A DNA stretch of 64,000 nucleotides from contig JBEKSC010000008.1 in NCBI GenBank assembly GCA_049517415.1, forward strand, positions 22,664 to 86,663. The letters run 5' to 3'. Shown here one piece after another: positions 10,604-21,484 of this stretch. A model generated the notes under the pieces. It saw only the letters and a list, made by a program, of their open reading frames with translations, made no database searches and was not told the DNA's origin. The position numbers and the translations under genes are program-made. Source of the DNA: Candidatus Bathyarchaeia archaeon (GTDB lineage: Archaea; Thermoproteota; Bathyarchaeia; 40CM-2-53-6). Numbering within the stretch: position 1 is the first letter of the stretch; each line of letters begins with the position of its first letter.

Positions 10604-11713
10604 AACTCGCTTCATGGTATCGAAGATATAATTCAACTCGGCTTCAGTGAGCCTCGGGTGGACGGGCACTGAAAAGACCTGCCTACAAGCTTTCTCAGTC
10701 TCAGGAAGAGGTCGGCGTGACGTAGTGCGCTCACGGTATAGCGGGAGCAGGTGCAAAGGAGATTCATAATAGACCGCAGCCTCGATGTTCCTTGACCGAA
10801 GCTTTTCGATGATCTTATTGCGCTTCCCCGCATTCGCTCCATGCAATCTAAGCGTGTAAAGATACCATGCACTCTTCCTGCCCTCCGGCTCCTTAGGAGG
10901 CACTACCTTACCTAGAACTCCAAGCTTCTCTCCTAGAAATTCCGCGTTCTTTCTTCTTTTCTCCAAGAAAGAAGGCAGTTTCTTCAATTGGGCGGTCCCC
11001 ACAGCGGCAAGTAATTCCGTCATCCTGTAATTGTTTCCGACCATCACCGGCCAGTACGGGCGTTGTTCCCCGTGAGATCTAATCATCCGTAATCTCTCAG
11101 AGTAATCATCATCGTTCGTGGTGACCATGCCGCCCTCGCCCGTGGTCATGTTCTTCCCCGCGTACATGCTGAAACAGGTCATGTCACCGATGGATCCAAT
11201 TTTGGACCCCCTGTATTCGGCGCCGTGGGCTTGGGCCGCGTCCTCAATCAATGTCACTCCACGATCTCTGGCCAATTTCTTCAATGGGTCCAAGTCCGCC
11301 GGCAACCCGTATAGATGAACCGGCATGATGACTTTTGTATTCCGCGTCATAACGGCCTCGACTGTTTCGGCAGTTATTGTGTAGGTGTCGGGATCTATGT
11401 CGGCGAATATTGGTTCGCCCCCCGCCATTAGGACAACCTCCGCGGTTGCATGAAACGTAAAGGATGGGATGATCACTTCGTCCCCTGGTTTAACGCCAGC
11501 GATGACGACGGCGGAGTGAAGGGCGGCGGTACCACTGCTCAAAGCCACGGCATGCTTGGCGCCGACATAATGCGCGAATTCTTTCTCGAATTCTAGGACC
11601 CGGGGGCCCATCCCACTCTTCTCAGTCAGAATGCCGCTCTTCAAAACCTCTGTCACCGCATCAATCTCTTCTTTTCCGATAATTGGTTGGTTTATTCGAA
11701 TTAGGTCGCGCAT
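10595..11713 (-). CDS. DegT/DnrJ/EryC1/StrS PLP-dependent aminotransferase
   Basis: SSGTAALH, IEDAAQAHG, FS.YAGKNMTTGEGG. Start set at ATG 11713; the ORF is open to 11758. Confidence 0.9.
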   Translation of the reverse strand: MRDLIRINQPIIGKEEIDAVTEVLKSGILTEKSGMGPRVLEFEKEFAHYVGAKHAVALSSGTAALHSAVVIAGVKPGDEVIIPSFTFHATAEVVLMAGGEPIFADIDPDTYTITAETVEAVMTRNTKVIMPVHLYGLPADLDPLKKLARDRGVTLIEDAAQAHGAEYRGSKIGSIGDMTCFSMYAGKNMTTGEGGMVTTNDDDYSERLRMIRSHGEQRPYWPVMVGNNYRMTELLAAVGTAQLKKLPSFLEKRRKNAEFLGEKLGVLGKVVPPKEPEGRKSAWYLYTLRLHGANAGKRNKIIEKLRSRNIEAAVYYESPLHLLPLYRERTTSRRPLPETEKACRQVFSVPVHPRLTEAELNYIFDTMKRVLT

Positions 11714-12079
11714 AATGATCTTCTCGAGGTCGGGTTCGTTGTCTACTGGAGCGTTCATCTAAAGGTATTGCTGAGTATGGAACGATTTCAGGGGCCGATA
11801 TGGACATGGTTTTGATTTGCGCTGAACGTTAGGGACATGAACCTCCAACTAAGAACTGCTGAGAGGTCAATCCAGAAATAATCCGACAGGCCACCGCTTG
11901 CAAGGCTATTGGATCTTCGGTAACCACGGCTGGATCTGATGCATAAGGAGAGCATCAAGCTTGGGCATCAACGTTCGAGGCTTGCGGCATCGAAATCAAA
12001 GGCCGAAATAAGTGGCTAACAATCATCCAAAACGCAAGTCAAAAGTAGCTCACGCAACCGACTATACATCTGACTCAAC

Positions 12080-12322
12080 ATGCCGATAGATGTGAATGAG
12101 GCAGACCGCTCGCGTGTCGAAGGAATGATTCGGGCGTATCTACATTCCAAAGTCTCAATCGCACAAGTTAGAGGGGCAGTCAGTTCCTCATCCTTTAGAC
12201 GAGGGGGACTTAGAGCTATCCTTGACGAAGTCGAGGTAAGTACCTCAGCGCTATCTGAGGATGAAAGAGGTAAGCTTATGGCCGTTTTGAAGGCCGAGCT
12301 TCAAAAGTCGGGTTTTCTCTAG
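12080..12322 (+). CDS. Hypothetical 80-aa helical protein
   Basis: ATG-started ORF in an otherwise empty gap; protein-like composition. Confidence 0.55.
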   Translation: MPIDVNEADRSRVEGMIRAYLHSKVSIAQVRGAVSSSSFRRGGLRAILDEVEVSTSALSEDERGKLMAVLKAELQKSGFL

Positions 12323-12457
12323 AGCTATCAAACGAACGGTAACAGCCCCAAAGAGCGGCTCTTACCAAACGCAGAGGTACCAGAACCAGACAACAATAAC
12401 CTTATATGAAATTGCTTTTTGTTGGAGAGCCGTTCACGTTAGCGGAGGCTTTCAGGT

Positions 12458-14101
12458 TTGTCGGCGATTATCGGTGGGCAGCGGGCCCAAATACTCAAAG
12501 AAGGAACTTCTAGCACCCAGGGGCGCGAAGCCCTACACGCCGATATTATGGCTGCCATGGTTATCGCAGAGGCGGTCCGGTCTTCTCTTGGACCTAAAGG
12601 CATGGATAAAATGCTCGTCGATGGTTTCGGTGACGTCACCATCACCAATGACGGCGCAACGATTCTCGACGAGATGGATGTACAACACCCGACAGCAAAA
12701 ATGATGGTGGAAGTCGCCAAAACACAAGATGACGAAGTAGGAGACGGAACCACCACTGCGGTCGTCTTAGCTGCCGAACTACTTTCGAAGGCACAGGTCT
12801 TAATGGACAAGGATGTCCATCCAACGGTAATTATTGACGGCTACCAGATAGCGAGCGAGAAGGCGCTCGAGTTTATGCGCAAAATCGCAACCAAAGTCAA
12901 TCCGACCGACAAGGTAATGCTAAAGAAAATCGCCAAAGTCGCCCTCGCCTCAAAGTTAGTGGCAGAGCACAAGGACTTTGTTGCGGACCTTGCCGTTAAG
13001 GCCGTTCTTCATGTAGCTGAGAAGACGGGAACTAATTACAAGGCTGATCTTGACGACATCAAGGTGGAAAAGAAACCAGGGGGATCCTTGACCGATACGG
13101 CGCTCATTCAAGGTGTAGTGCTCGACAAAGAGGTCGTTCACCCTGGAATGCCACGCCGAGTTGAGAATGCGAGAATTGCACTCTTGAATTGTCCGTTCGA
13201 AGTAGAGAAAACTGAGTTCGACGCCAAACTAAACGTCAAGACTCCAGACCAAATGAAAGGTTTCCTTAACGAGGAAGAGAAGATTCTGCGGGAGATGGTG
13301 GACCGTGTCGTGTCCAGCGGGGCGAACGTGGTCATTTGCGAGAAGGGGATCGATGATATGGCGCAGCACTTCATGGCTAAGAAGAATGTGTTGGCCGTTA
13401 GGCGTGTGAAAGAATCTGACATGGAGAAGCTTGCTAAGGCCACAGGTGCGACTACCCTCACGCAACTCGAAGACTTGAAGGCCTCCGACTTAGGGCGGGC
13501 AAACCTAGTAGAAGAACGTAAGGTTTCAGACGATAAGATGACGTTTGTCGAAGGATGCAAGAACCCGAAGGCTGTCAGTATTCTCGTTCGAGGGGGGACC
13601 GAGAGGGTTGTCGATGAAGCGGAGCGCGCGATTCACGATGCGTTGTCCGTGGTTCGTGATGTTGTGCTGGAACCCCAGGTTGTCGCAGGTGGCGGATCTC
13701 CCGAAGCCGAGGTAGCACGAATGCTTAGGAGCTATGCTCAGAGATTGTCGGGGAAGGAGCAGCTAGCGATTCAGGCCTACGCTGATGGATTGGAGATTAT
13801 TCCACTGACCCTAGCTGAAAACGCTGGAATGGACCCGATAAATTCCCTAATGGAAATTAGGTCGAAACATCAATCCAAACAAAAATCGGTAGGGATCGAC
13901 CCCTACAAGGGGGAAGTCTCAGACCTTGCAAAACTCGAAGTTTATGAGCCCCTTTCCGTTAAGGTGCAAGCTCTGAAATCCGCTGGCGAAGCCGCCGCCA
14001 TGATTCTGAGGATTGACGACATCATAGCGGCCTCAAAGTCGAAGGAAGCGCCCAAGGGGCCAGAAAAAAGTGCCAAAGAAGAAGGAGACGGCGAGTCCTA
14101 G
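12458..14101 (+). CDS. ths: Thermosome (group II chaperonin) subunit
   Basis: [24 protein letters not shown] and ILRIDD motifs; TATA-like CTTATAT about 50 bp upstream. Confidence 0.97.
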   Translation: MSAIIGGQRAQILKEGTSSTQGREALHADIMAAMVIAEAVRSSLGPKGMDKMLVDGFGDVTITNDGATILDEMDVQHPTAKMMVEVAKTQDDEVGDGTTTAVVLAAELLSKAQVLMDKDVHPTVIIDGYQIASEKALEFMRKIATKVNPTDKVMLKKIAKVALASKLVAEHKDFVADLAVKAVLHVAEKTGTNYKADLDDIKVEKKPGGSLTDTALIQGVVLDKEVVHPGMPRRVENARIALLNCPFEVEKTEFDAKLNVKTPDQMKGFLNEEEKILREMVDRVVSSGANVVICEKGIDDMAQHFMAKKNVLAVRRVKESDMEKLAKATGATTLTQLEDLKASDLGRANLVEERKVSDDKMTFVEGCKNPKAVSILVRGGTERVVDEAERAIHDALSVVRDVVLEPQVVAGGGSPEAEVARMLRSYAQRLSGKEQLAIQAYADGLEIIPLTLAENAGMDPINSLMEIRSKHQSKQKSVGIDPYKGEVSDLAKLEVYEPLSVKVQALKSAGEAAAMILRIDDIIAASKSKEAPKGPEKSAKEEGDGES

Positions 14102-14369
14102 GAAAACGATCCAGCTCATCGGTCCGAAGAAACTAACGCGTTTTGAACGCGCTCGGATCGTGGGTGCGAGAGCTCTACAAATATCCATGGGTGCGCCTGT
14201 ACTCTTGGACGTGCCCGAATCGATTAAGTCGCCGATAGAACTTGCTGAACTTGAACTTCAGGAAGGAGCACTTCCTATTAGCATTCGACGAGCCCTACCA
14301 GATGGAACCAGTATGAATATTCCACTCAAGACACTTCTTGAAGGCGAGCGGGAAGAAGCGGAACTATAG
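14070..14369 (+). CDS. rpoK: RNA polymerase subunit Rpo6/K
   Basis: LTRFERARIVGARALQISMGAP and IRRALPDG motifs; overlaps the thermosome stop codon. Confidence 0.95.
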   Translation: MPKKKETASPRKTIQLIGPKKLTRFERARIVGARALQISMGAPVLLDVPESIKSPIELAELELQEGALPISIRRALPDGTSMNIPLKTLLEGEREEAEL

Positions 14370-14583
14370 TTTGGCAGACTCGCCAAGCTCAACAGACGAA
14401 AGAAGACTTTGGCTCTTTGCCTTCCTAATCCTTTTGCTCGTCTCCATATGGATGCTAACAATGCACCTCTTGAACAGTGCATTCTTGGCTTTGGATTTCG
14501 AGGTTTCACTCATCTATCTCCCCACGTTACTTGCAGGATTGATTGCTCTCTACCTTTCCCTAAAAACGAAAGCTAGTCAGTAG
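14338..14583 (+). CDS. Small two-TM membrane protein
   Basis: Two hydrophobic helices; the start position is uncertain. Confidence 0.5.
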   Translation: MKASGKKRNYSLADSPSSTDERRLWLFAFLILLLVSIWMLTMHLLNSAFLALDFEVSLIYLPTLLAGLIALYLSLKTKASQ

Positions 14584-14865
14584 ATATGGGAATGATATTC
14601 ATGTTGACAGTTAGTTTTCATAAATGCGCCCAAAGAATCTCCACGACAATGCGGCTTCAGATAATGTGCTTGCAATCCGCGGCTTTACAGTAGAATTGGA
14701 GGGAACTACATTCGAAACCTTCTAAGGAACTTTGTAAGTCGCTTGCGATGCACCCGCCCCGTCTAGGTTGAAATGTAGCCTATTGGCCGGCGAGATGATG
14801 CCGTTTCGGGGCATAATGGTTCCATTCGACTCCTGCCTGAGTCCTTGCTTCCTCCCTGATTGGGC

Positions 14866-15234
14866 CTATGGTCCACGGCCATACCCATATCTTGCGTAGG
14901 GCAGTATTGGGCCTGAGTAGAATGGCAAAGTAAATCGTGGCGGGGAGTGGCGGGTAGAACACATCGGGCAGTAGGCGTTTCCAAAAATGTACTGTTTGCA
15001 GCTCATGCAGATCGGTACTCCACACATGGCACAATTGGTCTGGCTCGGAAGCCAAGGATGGTAAACGCAACCCCCAGCCCGTCCAATGGGCTGGAATAAA
15101 TTCGTCGCTGTTTCAGTGCGTTCAGGGCTCTCATAGGCGGGGGGAACTACGACCGATTGGCCGCATTTCAAACAGTAGTTGGCTATGTCTCTGTTTTCAG
15201 CTCCGCACGTTGCGCACTTGATCAATCCGACCAC
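14866..15234 (-). CDS. Zinc-ribbon plus B-box-like zinc-finger protein
   Basis: CxxCG..CxxCG, then CxxH...CxxCG.PICxxC...CxxC. Confidence 0.75.
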   Translation of the reverse strand: MVGLIKCATCGAENRDIANYCLKCGQSVVVPPAYESPERTETATNLFQPIGRAGGCVYHPWLPSQTNCAMCGVPICMSCKQYIFGNAYCPMCSTRHSPPRFTLPFYSGPILPYARYGYGRGP

Positions 15235-15442
15235 ACAGAATAAAACGTGTACGAGGGTGTTAATATTATCTCAGTTTCTCTGCAACTTGAAAATCTTATG
15301 AGCACCGAGGTCTCAACTTGCAGCCGGAATCGCCATGTCGCTGACCAGCTGTCCGAGATTCGGTGGCCCACTTGAGTTTATCTCGGGCAACAGGACAAGG
15401 TCGAAGTGCGCGAATTGCGGTTTCTACGACGATTGTAGTTAG

Positions 15443-16087
15443 GTGAATGTGATGCGGTACGAGGATGTTCTCGATTATGTCCAACGGCTGGTCGGGGAAG
15501 GAGACAGGCTGCAAGAATGGGTCTATGCAAAGTCGCAGGAACTAAGAGATTTGGGAGTTTTTCCTATCGACCCCACAAGGGGGCGCTTCTTGGAATTGCT
15601 GGCTCGGATGACAAGCCCTAGTCGAGTCCTCGAGATTGGCTCGGGGGCCGGCTACAGTGCGCTCTGGTTCATGAAAGGCATGGGTGGGAAGGGGAAGTTG
15701 GACGCAATCGAAGTCAACCCAGAAGTTGTAGAAGTTCTGAGAAACGTCACGAAAAAAGCAGGTTTGCAAAGGCGGATCCGGATTCATCATGGACCAGCCT
15801 TAGCGATGCTTCGCAAAATGAATGGGCCTTACGACATAGTCTTCATAGACGCCGACAAGGACGAATACCCTGCCTACTTGGACCACGCTCTCAGACTAAC
15901 CAAGGCGAGAAGCGCTATCTTGGCGGATAATATGTTGTGGAGTGGCGCCACTGTCCTAGGTGATACGCGAAGGGAAGGCGTGCATGGAATAATGGATTAC
16001 ACAAAGCGCATCTTCGCTGACAAGAGATTGTTCAGCATAATCATCCCACTAGGAGACGGACTGGCGGTAAGCTATCGAATCAAATAG
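15443..16087 (+). CDS. Class I O-methyltransferase (YrrM/COMT-like)
   Basis: LEIGSGAGYS, FIDADK..Y, ADN.LW.G and GDGL motifs. Confidence 0.9.
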   Translation: MNVMRYEDVLDYVQRLVGEGDRLQEWVYAKSQELRDLGVFPIDPTRGRFLELLARMTSPSRVLEIGSGAGYSALWFMKGMGGKGKLDAIEVNPEVVEVLRNVTKKAGLQRRIRIHHGPALAMLRKMNGPYDIVFIDADKDEYPAYLDHALRLTKARSAILADNMLWSGATVLGDTRREGVHGIMDYTKRIFADKRLFSIIIPLGDGLAVSYRIK

Positions 16088-16148
16088 TCCGAAGTTCTCC
16101 GATAAACCCATAAAGCCGCCAGCGTTCGAAGCAGACGCGTTCACGTCG

Positions 16149-17507
16149 ATGCTAAGGATTACGAAGACGGGGGCACTGAAGGTGTCCCTGTTCGGAATCG
16201 TCACTGTAATCATAGTAGAAAGCTTAGCGGCAATGGCGACGGGAAGCCTAGCTCTTCTAAGCGATTCCGCCCATGCCTCCTTCGATGCAATATCCACTTT
16301 GATCTTGCTGGTTGCAACGAGGCTCTCATTGAAACCCGCGGATGAAGATCACACTTATGGCCACGGAAAAATTGAATCACTAGGCGCCCTCATTGGTGGT
16401 TTTGTCCTCTTAATCCTAGCAATAGGAATCGTCGCTGCAGCAGTATTTCGTTTGAGCGTTGGGGGTGCGATCCACCCCACTCTATTCGGGTATGCTGCTG
16501 CGGCATACACGATCGGCATAGACATCTTGAGGCTAGCAGTATTGACCTCGGCATTGAAGACGGGGAGCCTATCGGTCCGAGCCGATCTTTACCATGCGGT
16601 GGCGGACCTCTTTTACACTTCGCTCGTCTTTGTTGCATTAGGATTAGTGTCCTTAGGTTACGCTGTAGGCGATACAGCAATATCACTCGTGCTCGCAATG
16701 TTGCTCGGGTATCTGAGCATTCGGCTGATTCATGCATCAATGCTCGACCTCAGTGACGCCGTATCCGGCAAACTCGTTCAATCAATTCTTCGCGAAATTC
16801 GGAAGACCGAAGAGGTGCTCAAAATAAAGGAACTTCGCGCGCGCCGAGTTGGGCAGATAACCTATGTCGACGCTGTAGTAGCTGTTTCACCCTTTGCAGG
16901 AATTGCAGATGCCGACACGATCGCTTCAAAGATTGAAGACAATCTCACGAAACTTCTAGGTAAATCCTCAATACTGATTCACTTAGAGCCCCTAGAATGG
17001 GACATACCACTTGAGTTGAAGATTCGGCACGCGACAAGCCGGGTTGAAGGCGCCCGAGGGCTCCATAACTTAACGGTAACGAAGATAGGCAGCGGGTTGT
17101 ACGTGACACTTCACGTTCAGGTCGATCCTTCATTGCCACTTGAGAAAGCGCATGAAATAGCAAAGTCCATAGAAGATGGGATAGAGAAATCTGTGCCGGA
17201 AGTGCGACAGGTTACGGTTCACTTGGAACCATCGATGCCTGAGAGCGGCAAGGGAACTTTCGTCGACGACAGATATATATCGGAAACGATCAGGTCAGTG
17301 GTTCAAGCGTACACGGATGTAATTGAAATCAACGGAATCACGACCTATGAAACTGAAGGGAAATTGCACATCAACGTTCACTGTCTGTTCGCAAGGGAAG
17401 CTCTTATTTCAGAAATACATGAGATGATATCACAAATCGAAGAGAGCGTGAGGCAAGAAATCAACAATGCAATTGTAACAATACATCCCGAGCCTACCCC
17501 ACGGTAG
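16149..17507 (+). CDS. Cation diffusion facilitator with three tandem cytoplasmic domains
   Basis: GSLALLSDSAH, HTYGHGKIE and HAVAD motifs; three C-terminal units ending IHLEP, VHLEP and IHPEP. Confidence 0.9.
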   Translation: MLRITKTGALKVSLFGIVTVIIVESLAAMATGSLALLSDSAHASFDAISTLILLVATRLSLKPADEDHTYGHGKIESLGALIGGFVLLILAIGIVAAAVFRLSVGGAIHPTLFGYAAAAYTIGIDILRLAVLTSALKTGSLSVRADLYHAVADLFYTSLVFVALGLVSLGYAVGDTAISLVLAMLLGYLSIRLIHASMLDLSDAVSGKLVQSILREIRKTEEVLKIKELRARRVGQITYVDAVVAVSPFAGIADADTIASKIEDNLTKLLGKSSILIHLEPLEWDIPLELKIRHATSRVEGARGLHNLTVTKIGSGLYVTLHVQVDPSLPLEKAHEIAKSIEDGIEKSVPEVRQVTVHLEPSMPESGKGTFVDDRYISETIRSVVQAYTDVIEINGITTYETEGKLHINVHCLFAREALISEIHEMISQIEESVRQEINNAIVTIHPEPTPR

Positions 17508-17548
17508 GCCTCCCGTGATAGGGACGATGTGACTCCTTTTCCGAAAGA

Positions 17549-18055
17549 CTAGTTCAGGAGTTTTGTCATAAGGTAGGCGTCGAACCCGTCGAAGTAGTAG
17601 TGTGGAATTGTGCGAGTGATCTCAAAGCCCATTTTCTTGTATAAGTTGATGGCCTGGAAGTTACTGACTCTGACCTCGAGGTAGCATTCATCAGCCTGAT
17701 GCGTTGATAGTGCTGATAGTGCTTGCTCGACGAGTGAGTAACCGATTCCTAGGTTCCTAAAGTCTGGCATAACTGCCACGGAGATGATGTGCCCTTTTCT
17801 TGCAAACCTTAGTCTCCTCAAATCTGAGAAACCATGTTCTAGGCGGCACATTATGTAACCCGCGACTTGTCCTTGAGACTCAGCTACTAGGAAGGTTTCC
17901 GGAAGCGTGTTGTACGTATCTATGAAGAAGTAGGCCGCGTAATTTTCAGGTAAGCAAACACGATTAATGTTGATGACCGCTTCAACGTCTGCCGGACTAA
18001 ACCGCCTGAGTGTATAGTTCTTCTGAATCAGCAAAGGACTACTCGAATTTTCCAT
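17549..18055 (-). CDS. N-alpha-acetyltransferase, Ard1/RimI family
   Basis: LPENY, GHIISVAV...R..GIG, LEVRVSN..A..LY.K.GF motifs. Confidence 0.9.
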   Translation of the reverse strand: MENSSSPLLIQKNYTLRRFSPADVEAVININRVCLPENYAAYFFIDTYNTLPETFLVAESQGQVAGYIMCRLEHGFSDLRRLRFARKGHIISVAVMPDFRNLGIGYSLVEQALSALSTHQADECYLEVRVSNFQAINLYKKMGFEITRTIPHYYFDGFDAYLMTKLLN

Positions 18056-18161
18056 GCATGCGTCGAGTATATGATACTATCTGCGCCTTTGGCCAACGAT
18101 ATCGAGAATACGTTTAAATGACAAATTTCGGGTATGGGCAGAAAACCAGAAGGATAGCCGA

Positions 18162-19301
18162 GTGACCACCGAACGCGTAATCGAGCCACGTCCGCCGTCC
18201 TTCCAAATTGATTTCGGTTCGCTACGCAACATGGTCGAGTACCGCTTTACCCTAATGGACGCTTACGTTGATGTCCAGGGGTTACCAACATTCATAGTCG
18301 CCCAGGAGGCGATTAAGGACAAATTCAGAGAATTGCTGCTTGACTTGGCGAATCATCACCTTATGGCAAAGATCAGGAGGGTTCAGGACAAACTTGTTAT
18401 TTCCATATTCCCGAAACCGAACCTTGGCAAACCTCGCACGATCATTAACTTGGTCCTTTTTATGGCCACCATTGTTACGATTGGAATAGCGAGCTCTGCG
18501 CTAATATTCAATGTTGATCCTAGGCTTACCGCTGCGCTTTTTTCCGGTGCTGACCTGAACGTTCAAGTTGTCCTTATCGGGGCATCCATTCTTGGAATAG
18601 TTGCAATACATGAGTTAGGCCATGTGATCGCGATACGTCACCATAAGATGGACGCAAGCCTACCATATTTTGTCCCCGCGCCTCCACCTATCCCAATCGG
18701 AACCTTCGGCGCCGTTATTTCCTTGCGCGGTCCGCCAGCGAACCGCGACCAATTGTTCGATCTTGGCTTTAGTGGTCCACTTGCAGGGTTCATAGCCACG
18801 ATTTGTGTTGGGATCTTCGCTATTCTGACAGCGCCAATCATGGCTGAGCAAACGGTATCCGGCTTAGTAGCCGCAAACCTACTCTCGTCGAGTTCTTGGC
18901 CCCATATGCCGCTATTTCTGGAGCTTCTGGGTGACCTGAGTTTACGCACGGTCCCGGCTGGACATGTGTTAGTCTTGACTCAAGTTGCTTTCGCGGCTGA
19001 GGTTGGAGCTCTGATAACCTTCTTGAATATTCTACCAGTCTGGCAACTTGACGGTGGTCACATCTCGCGTGCCACTTTTGGAAACCAAGGCCACAAATTC
19101 ACTGCGCTCGTGGGCCTCGGAATTCTGTTCCTAGCGGGTTACTGGGGCTTTGCACTCCTCCTTCTCGTCTTCATGTTCATAAGCCGTCGCCCCCTCGAAG
19201 GCGTTGAACCTCTAGATGACGTATCCCCACTTTCCAAGACAAGAAAGGCACTGTTTGCCCTAGCTCTGGTCATGCTTGTCCTCTCATTTGTAATCTTCTA
19301 G
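18162..19301 (+). CDS. Site-2 protease (M50 metalloprotease)
   Basis: HELGH, GTFGAVI and NILPVWQLDGGH motifs; multiple TM helices. Confidence 0.9.
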   Translation: MTTERVIEPRPPSFQIDFGSLRNMVEYRFTLMDAYVDVQGLPTFIVAQEAIKDKFRELLLDLANHHLMAKIRRVQDKLVISIFPKPNLGKPRTIINLVLFMATIVTIGIASSALIFNVDPRLTAALFSGADLNVQVVLIGASILGIVAIHELGHVIAIRHHKMDASLPYFVPAPPPIPIGTFGAVISLRGPPANRDQLFDLGFSGPLAGFIATICVGIFAILTAPIMAEQTVSGLVAANLLSSSSWPHMPLFLELLGDLSLRTVPAGHVLVLTQVAFAAEVGALITFLNILPVWQLDGGHISRATFGNQGHKFTALVGLGILFLAGYWGFALLLLVFMFISRRPLEGVEPLDDVSPLSKTRKALFALALVMLVLSFVIF

Positions 19302-19326
19302 ACGTCCAACACGAACGCGAAGACGC

Positions 19327-20046
19327 TTGCCTGCCGACTTTCAACTCAAACTCCTTGAACTAACGAGGGACGGTCACGGAGTTTCCCTAGACGAATTGGC
19401 AGGAGAGCTGCAAGCCGCGCCGGCCACCCTGATCTCACAAGCCGAGGATTTGCGTAGCAAAGGCCTAGCTAACTATCATCATGGAAGATTCGATCTCGAT
19501 ACACGCCAACGCATTTTGTTGGCTGAAGAACTAATCCACGCTGGTCGCGACCCTCAGAAGGTTTCGCGTTTCTTGGAGTGGCAAGAGTTTGAAGATTTCG
19601 CAGTTCTTGCCTTTGAAGACAATGGCTTTGCCGTCGTCAAGCATCTCGTCTTCAAGACCAGATTTGGTCGGAGAGAAATCGACCTCCTCGCTTGGAACGA
19701 TACCTTTCTTTTTGCAGTCGATTGTAAGCATTGGCTGCGTGGTCTTTCCACGTCACGAATGAGTTCGGCAGTTCGCGCCCAAGTTGAACGATCTGAGGCT
19801 TTGGCAGGGAAACCCGAGTTACTCGTCAAATTCGGGGTCACGCACCTTGACCGGCGGCGTATTGTTCCCATGATATTTACATTGGGCGAGCCGCGCCAGA
19901 CATTCGTTGATGAAGTTCCAGTAGTATCGGTTTTGAAGCTGATGAGTTTCTTGTACGGAGTCTCTCCTGTCGACGAAAGCTTCCGAAGTTTTCCGGTAAA
20001 GGGTCTAGGCATCGCCTCCCTAATCCAAGGGCAACCGAAGCCCTAA
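19327..20046 (+). CDS. HTH plus Mrr-like PD-(D/E)XK nuclease-fold protein
   Basis: N-terminal winged-helix-like segment; WQEFE..F...GF, EIDL and DCKHW motifs. Confidence 0.75.
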   Translation: MPADFQLKLLELTRDGHGVSLDELAGELQAAPATLISQAEDLRSKGLANYHHGRFDLDTRQRILLAEELIHAGRDPQKVSRFLEWQEFEDFAVLAFEDNGFAVVKHLVFKTRFGRREIDLLAWNDTFLFAVDCKHWLRGLSTSRMSSAVRAQVERSEALAGKPELLVKFGVTHLDRRRIVPMIFTLGEPRQTFVDEVPVVSVLKLMSFLYGVSPVDESFRSFPVKGLGIASLIQGQPKP

Positions 20047-20076
20047 TCTCATCCGACTGGCACAACGGCGGTAACC

Positions 20077-20733
20077 TTGAGCGAAGTACAGCAGAGGCTC
20101 CAGCAGTTGACGACTGCGCTGCTTAGCGGAAAGGCGGAAGAGGCCAGACAGAGCACAAACGCCGCCTTAGCTCTAGGTAGCACCGCCAATGAAATACTCG
20201 ACACGTTAGTTGACGCAGTGAACATAATCATCGGCCTACGCGAGGTGGGGGAGTACGATCAGGACAGGATGACCGTCGTAGAAGGCGCAGTCAACTCCTG
20301 CCTTCAAACTATCGAAGACAGGCTAGCGATAGCTGAGAGGAAGTTCAACATCAAAGCGACTACAGGCCCAGTCGGCATGAAGGCTGGAAACTTGCTCTCA
20401 TTGGCTGTATCTGCGTCACTCAGGGCGGTTGGTTTTCGGTCGGTAAACTTAGGGAAAAGCCAGACGCCCCTGGAGATTCTCCGAAACTCAGAGGAACTCG
20501 GAGCTGATTTGGTAGTGCCTCTACTATCGGGGGAACGAGTCGAAGAACAACTCCAAAGCTTTATGGAAGCCATTGAACGCGGAGGTTTCAAGACGAAGTT
20601 CGAGGTAATCCTCGTAGCCCCGGGCTTGCCAGAAACGATTGAAACCTCAATCAACCTCGCCAGGAATTCGGGCGAGGCAATTAGCAAGGCAACTGAATGG
20701 GCGTTAAGACGAAGTAAGGCCACGAGTAAATGA
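20077..20733 (+). CDS. Cobalamin-binding-domain-like protein (cap plus Rossmann domain), degenerate
   Basis: Helical cap resembling B12-binding_2, then L.A.GF..VNLG...P and GADLV; lacks DxHxxG. Confidence 0.6.
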   Translation: MSEVQQRLQQLTTALLSGKAEEARQSTNAALALGSTANEILDTLVDAVNIIIGLREVGEYDQDRMTVVEGAVNSCLQTIEDRLAIAERKFNIKATTGPVGMKAGNLLSLAVSASLRAVGFRSVNLGKSQTPLEILRNSEELGADLVVPLLSGERVEEQLQSFMEAIERGGFKTKFEVILVAPGLPETIETSINLARNSGEAISKATEWALRRSKATSK

Positions 20734-20754
20734 GGTACTGAAAGCAAAGACGCC

Positions 20755-21288
20755 TTAGGGCTTCCAGAGCCCGTCCATCGTGGAGAATGCTAAGTCTCCA
20801 ATCTCCGGGATGAAATGGTCGGCCACAACTATCAAAAACGCAACCGCGAATACCCCAAGTATCAGCCCCGTTGGATAGTGGGCGAGCGACCAAGGCAAAA
20901 TCCCATTATAGAGTAGCCATATCTCCAAGGCAATTCTGCCTAGGTTAGTGAGGTAAACGCTCACGACGACTGTCCCGAAAGCCATCAATTTTTTCTTGAT
21001 TGCAACCTTCGGCATCGCAACAATAATTCCCAAGAAAACCGTGATAACTTGGACCCCCGTACACATTCGCTGAATCTCGAATTCATTCAGGAAGACTCGA
21101 TTGCCCTCATACCAAACGGTTGCCTTAATTCCAATTAACCTCATCAGAATGGCCGAATGTTCAGCTGTCAGTTTTTCGTAAAAGAAATAGTTGGGTAAGT
21201 AGTATAGCGTGATCGCGATAGCCGAGGTTATTCCGAGGACGCGCAGAATCTCGATAGCTTTCTGGCGCTGCAAGGGTTTCAATCTCAT
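20755..21288 (-). CDS. Archaeosortase/exosortase-family transpeptidase
   Basis: Hydrophobic 177 aa with I...CTG (catalytic Cys), NLGRI (Arg) and LAH (His); adjacent to PEF/PGF-tail proteins. Confidence 0.85.
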   Translation of the reverse strand: MRLKPLQRQKAIEILRVLGITSAIAITLYYLPNYFFYEKLTAEHSAILMRLIGIKATVWYEGNRVFLNEFEIQRMCTGVQVITVFLGIIVAMPKVAIKKKLMAFGTVVVSVYLTNLGRIALEIWLLYNGILPWSLAHYPTGLILGVFAVAFLIVVADHFIPEIGDLAFSTMDGLWKP

Positions 21289-21484
21289 CCCTTACCCTTC
21301 CTCAAGCGGGACATAATGAAACTTGCCTACATTTCCATTACCGGAGCTCCAACCCCATGCTCCCCAACGGAGATACGTTGGCGGCGAATCTTGCAGGAAC
21401 CAAACAAATTCAAGGGTTTGCACATCTGCAGATCGCCGCGTAAGACGCAGAACTCGGGTGACGCAAGGTAGACTGCGAGCTTTT

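Noticed and set aside
19327..20046. Restriction-modification or other defence system
   Set aside because: No methyltransferase or other defence genes nearby, and it sits among housekeeping genes.
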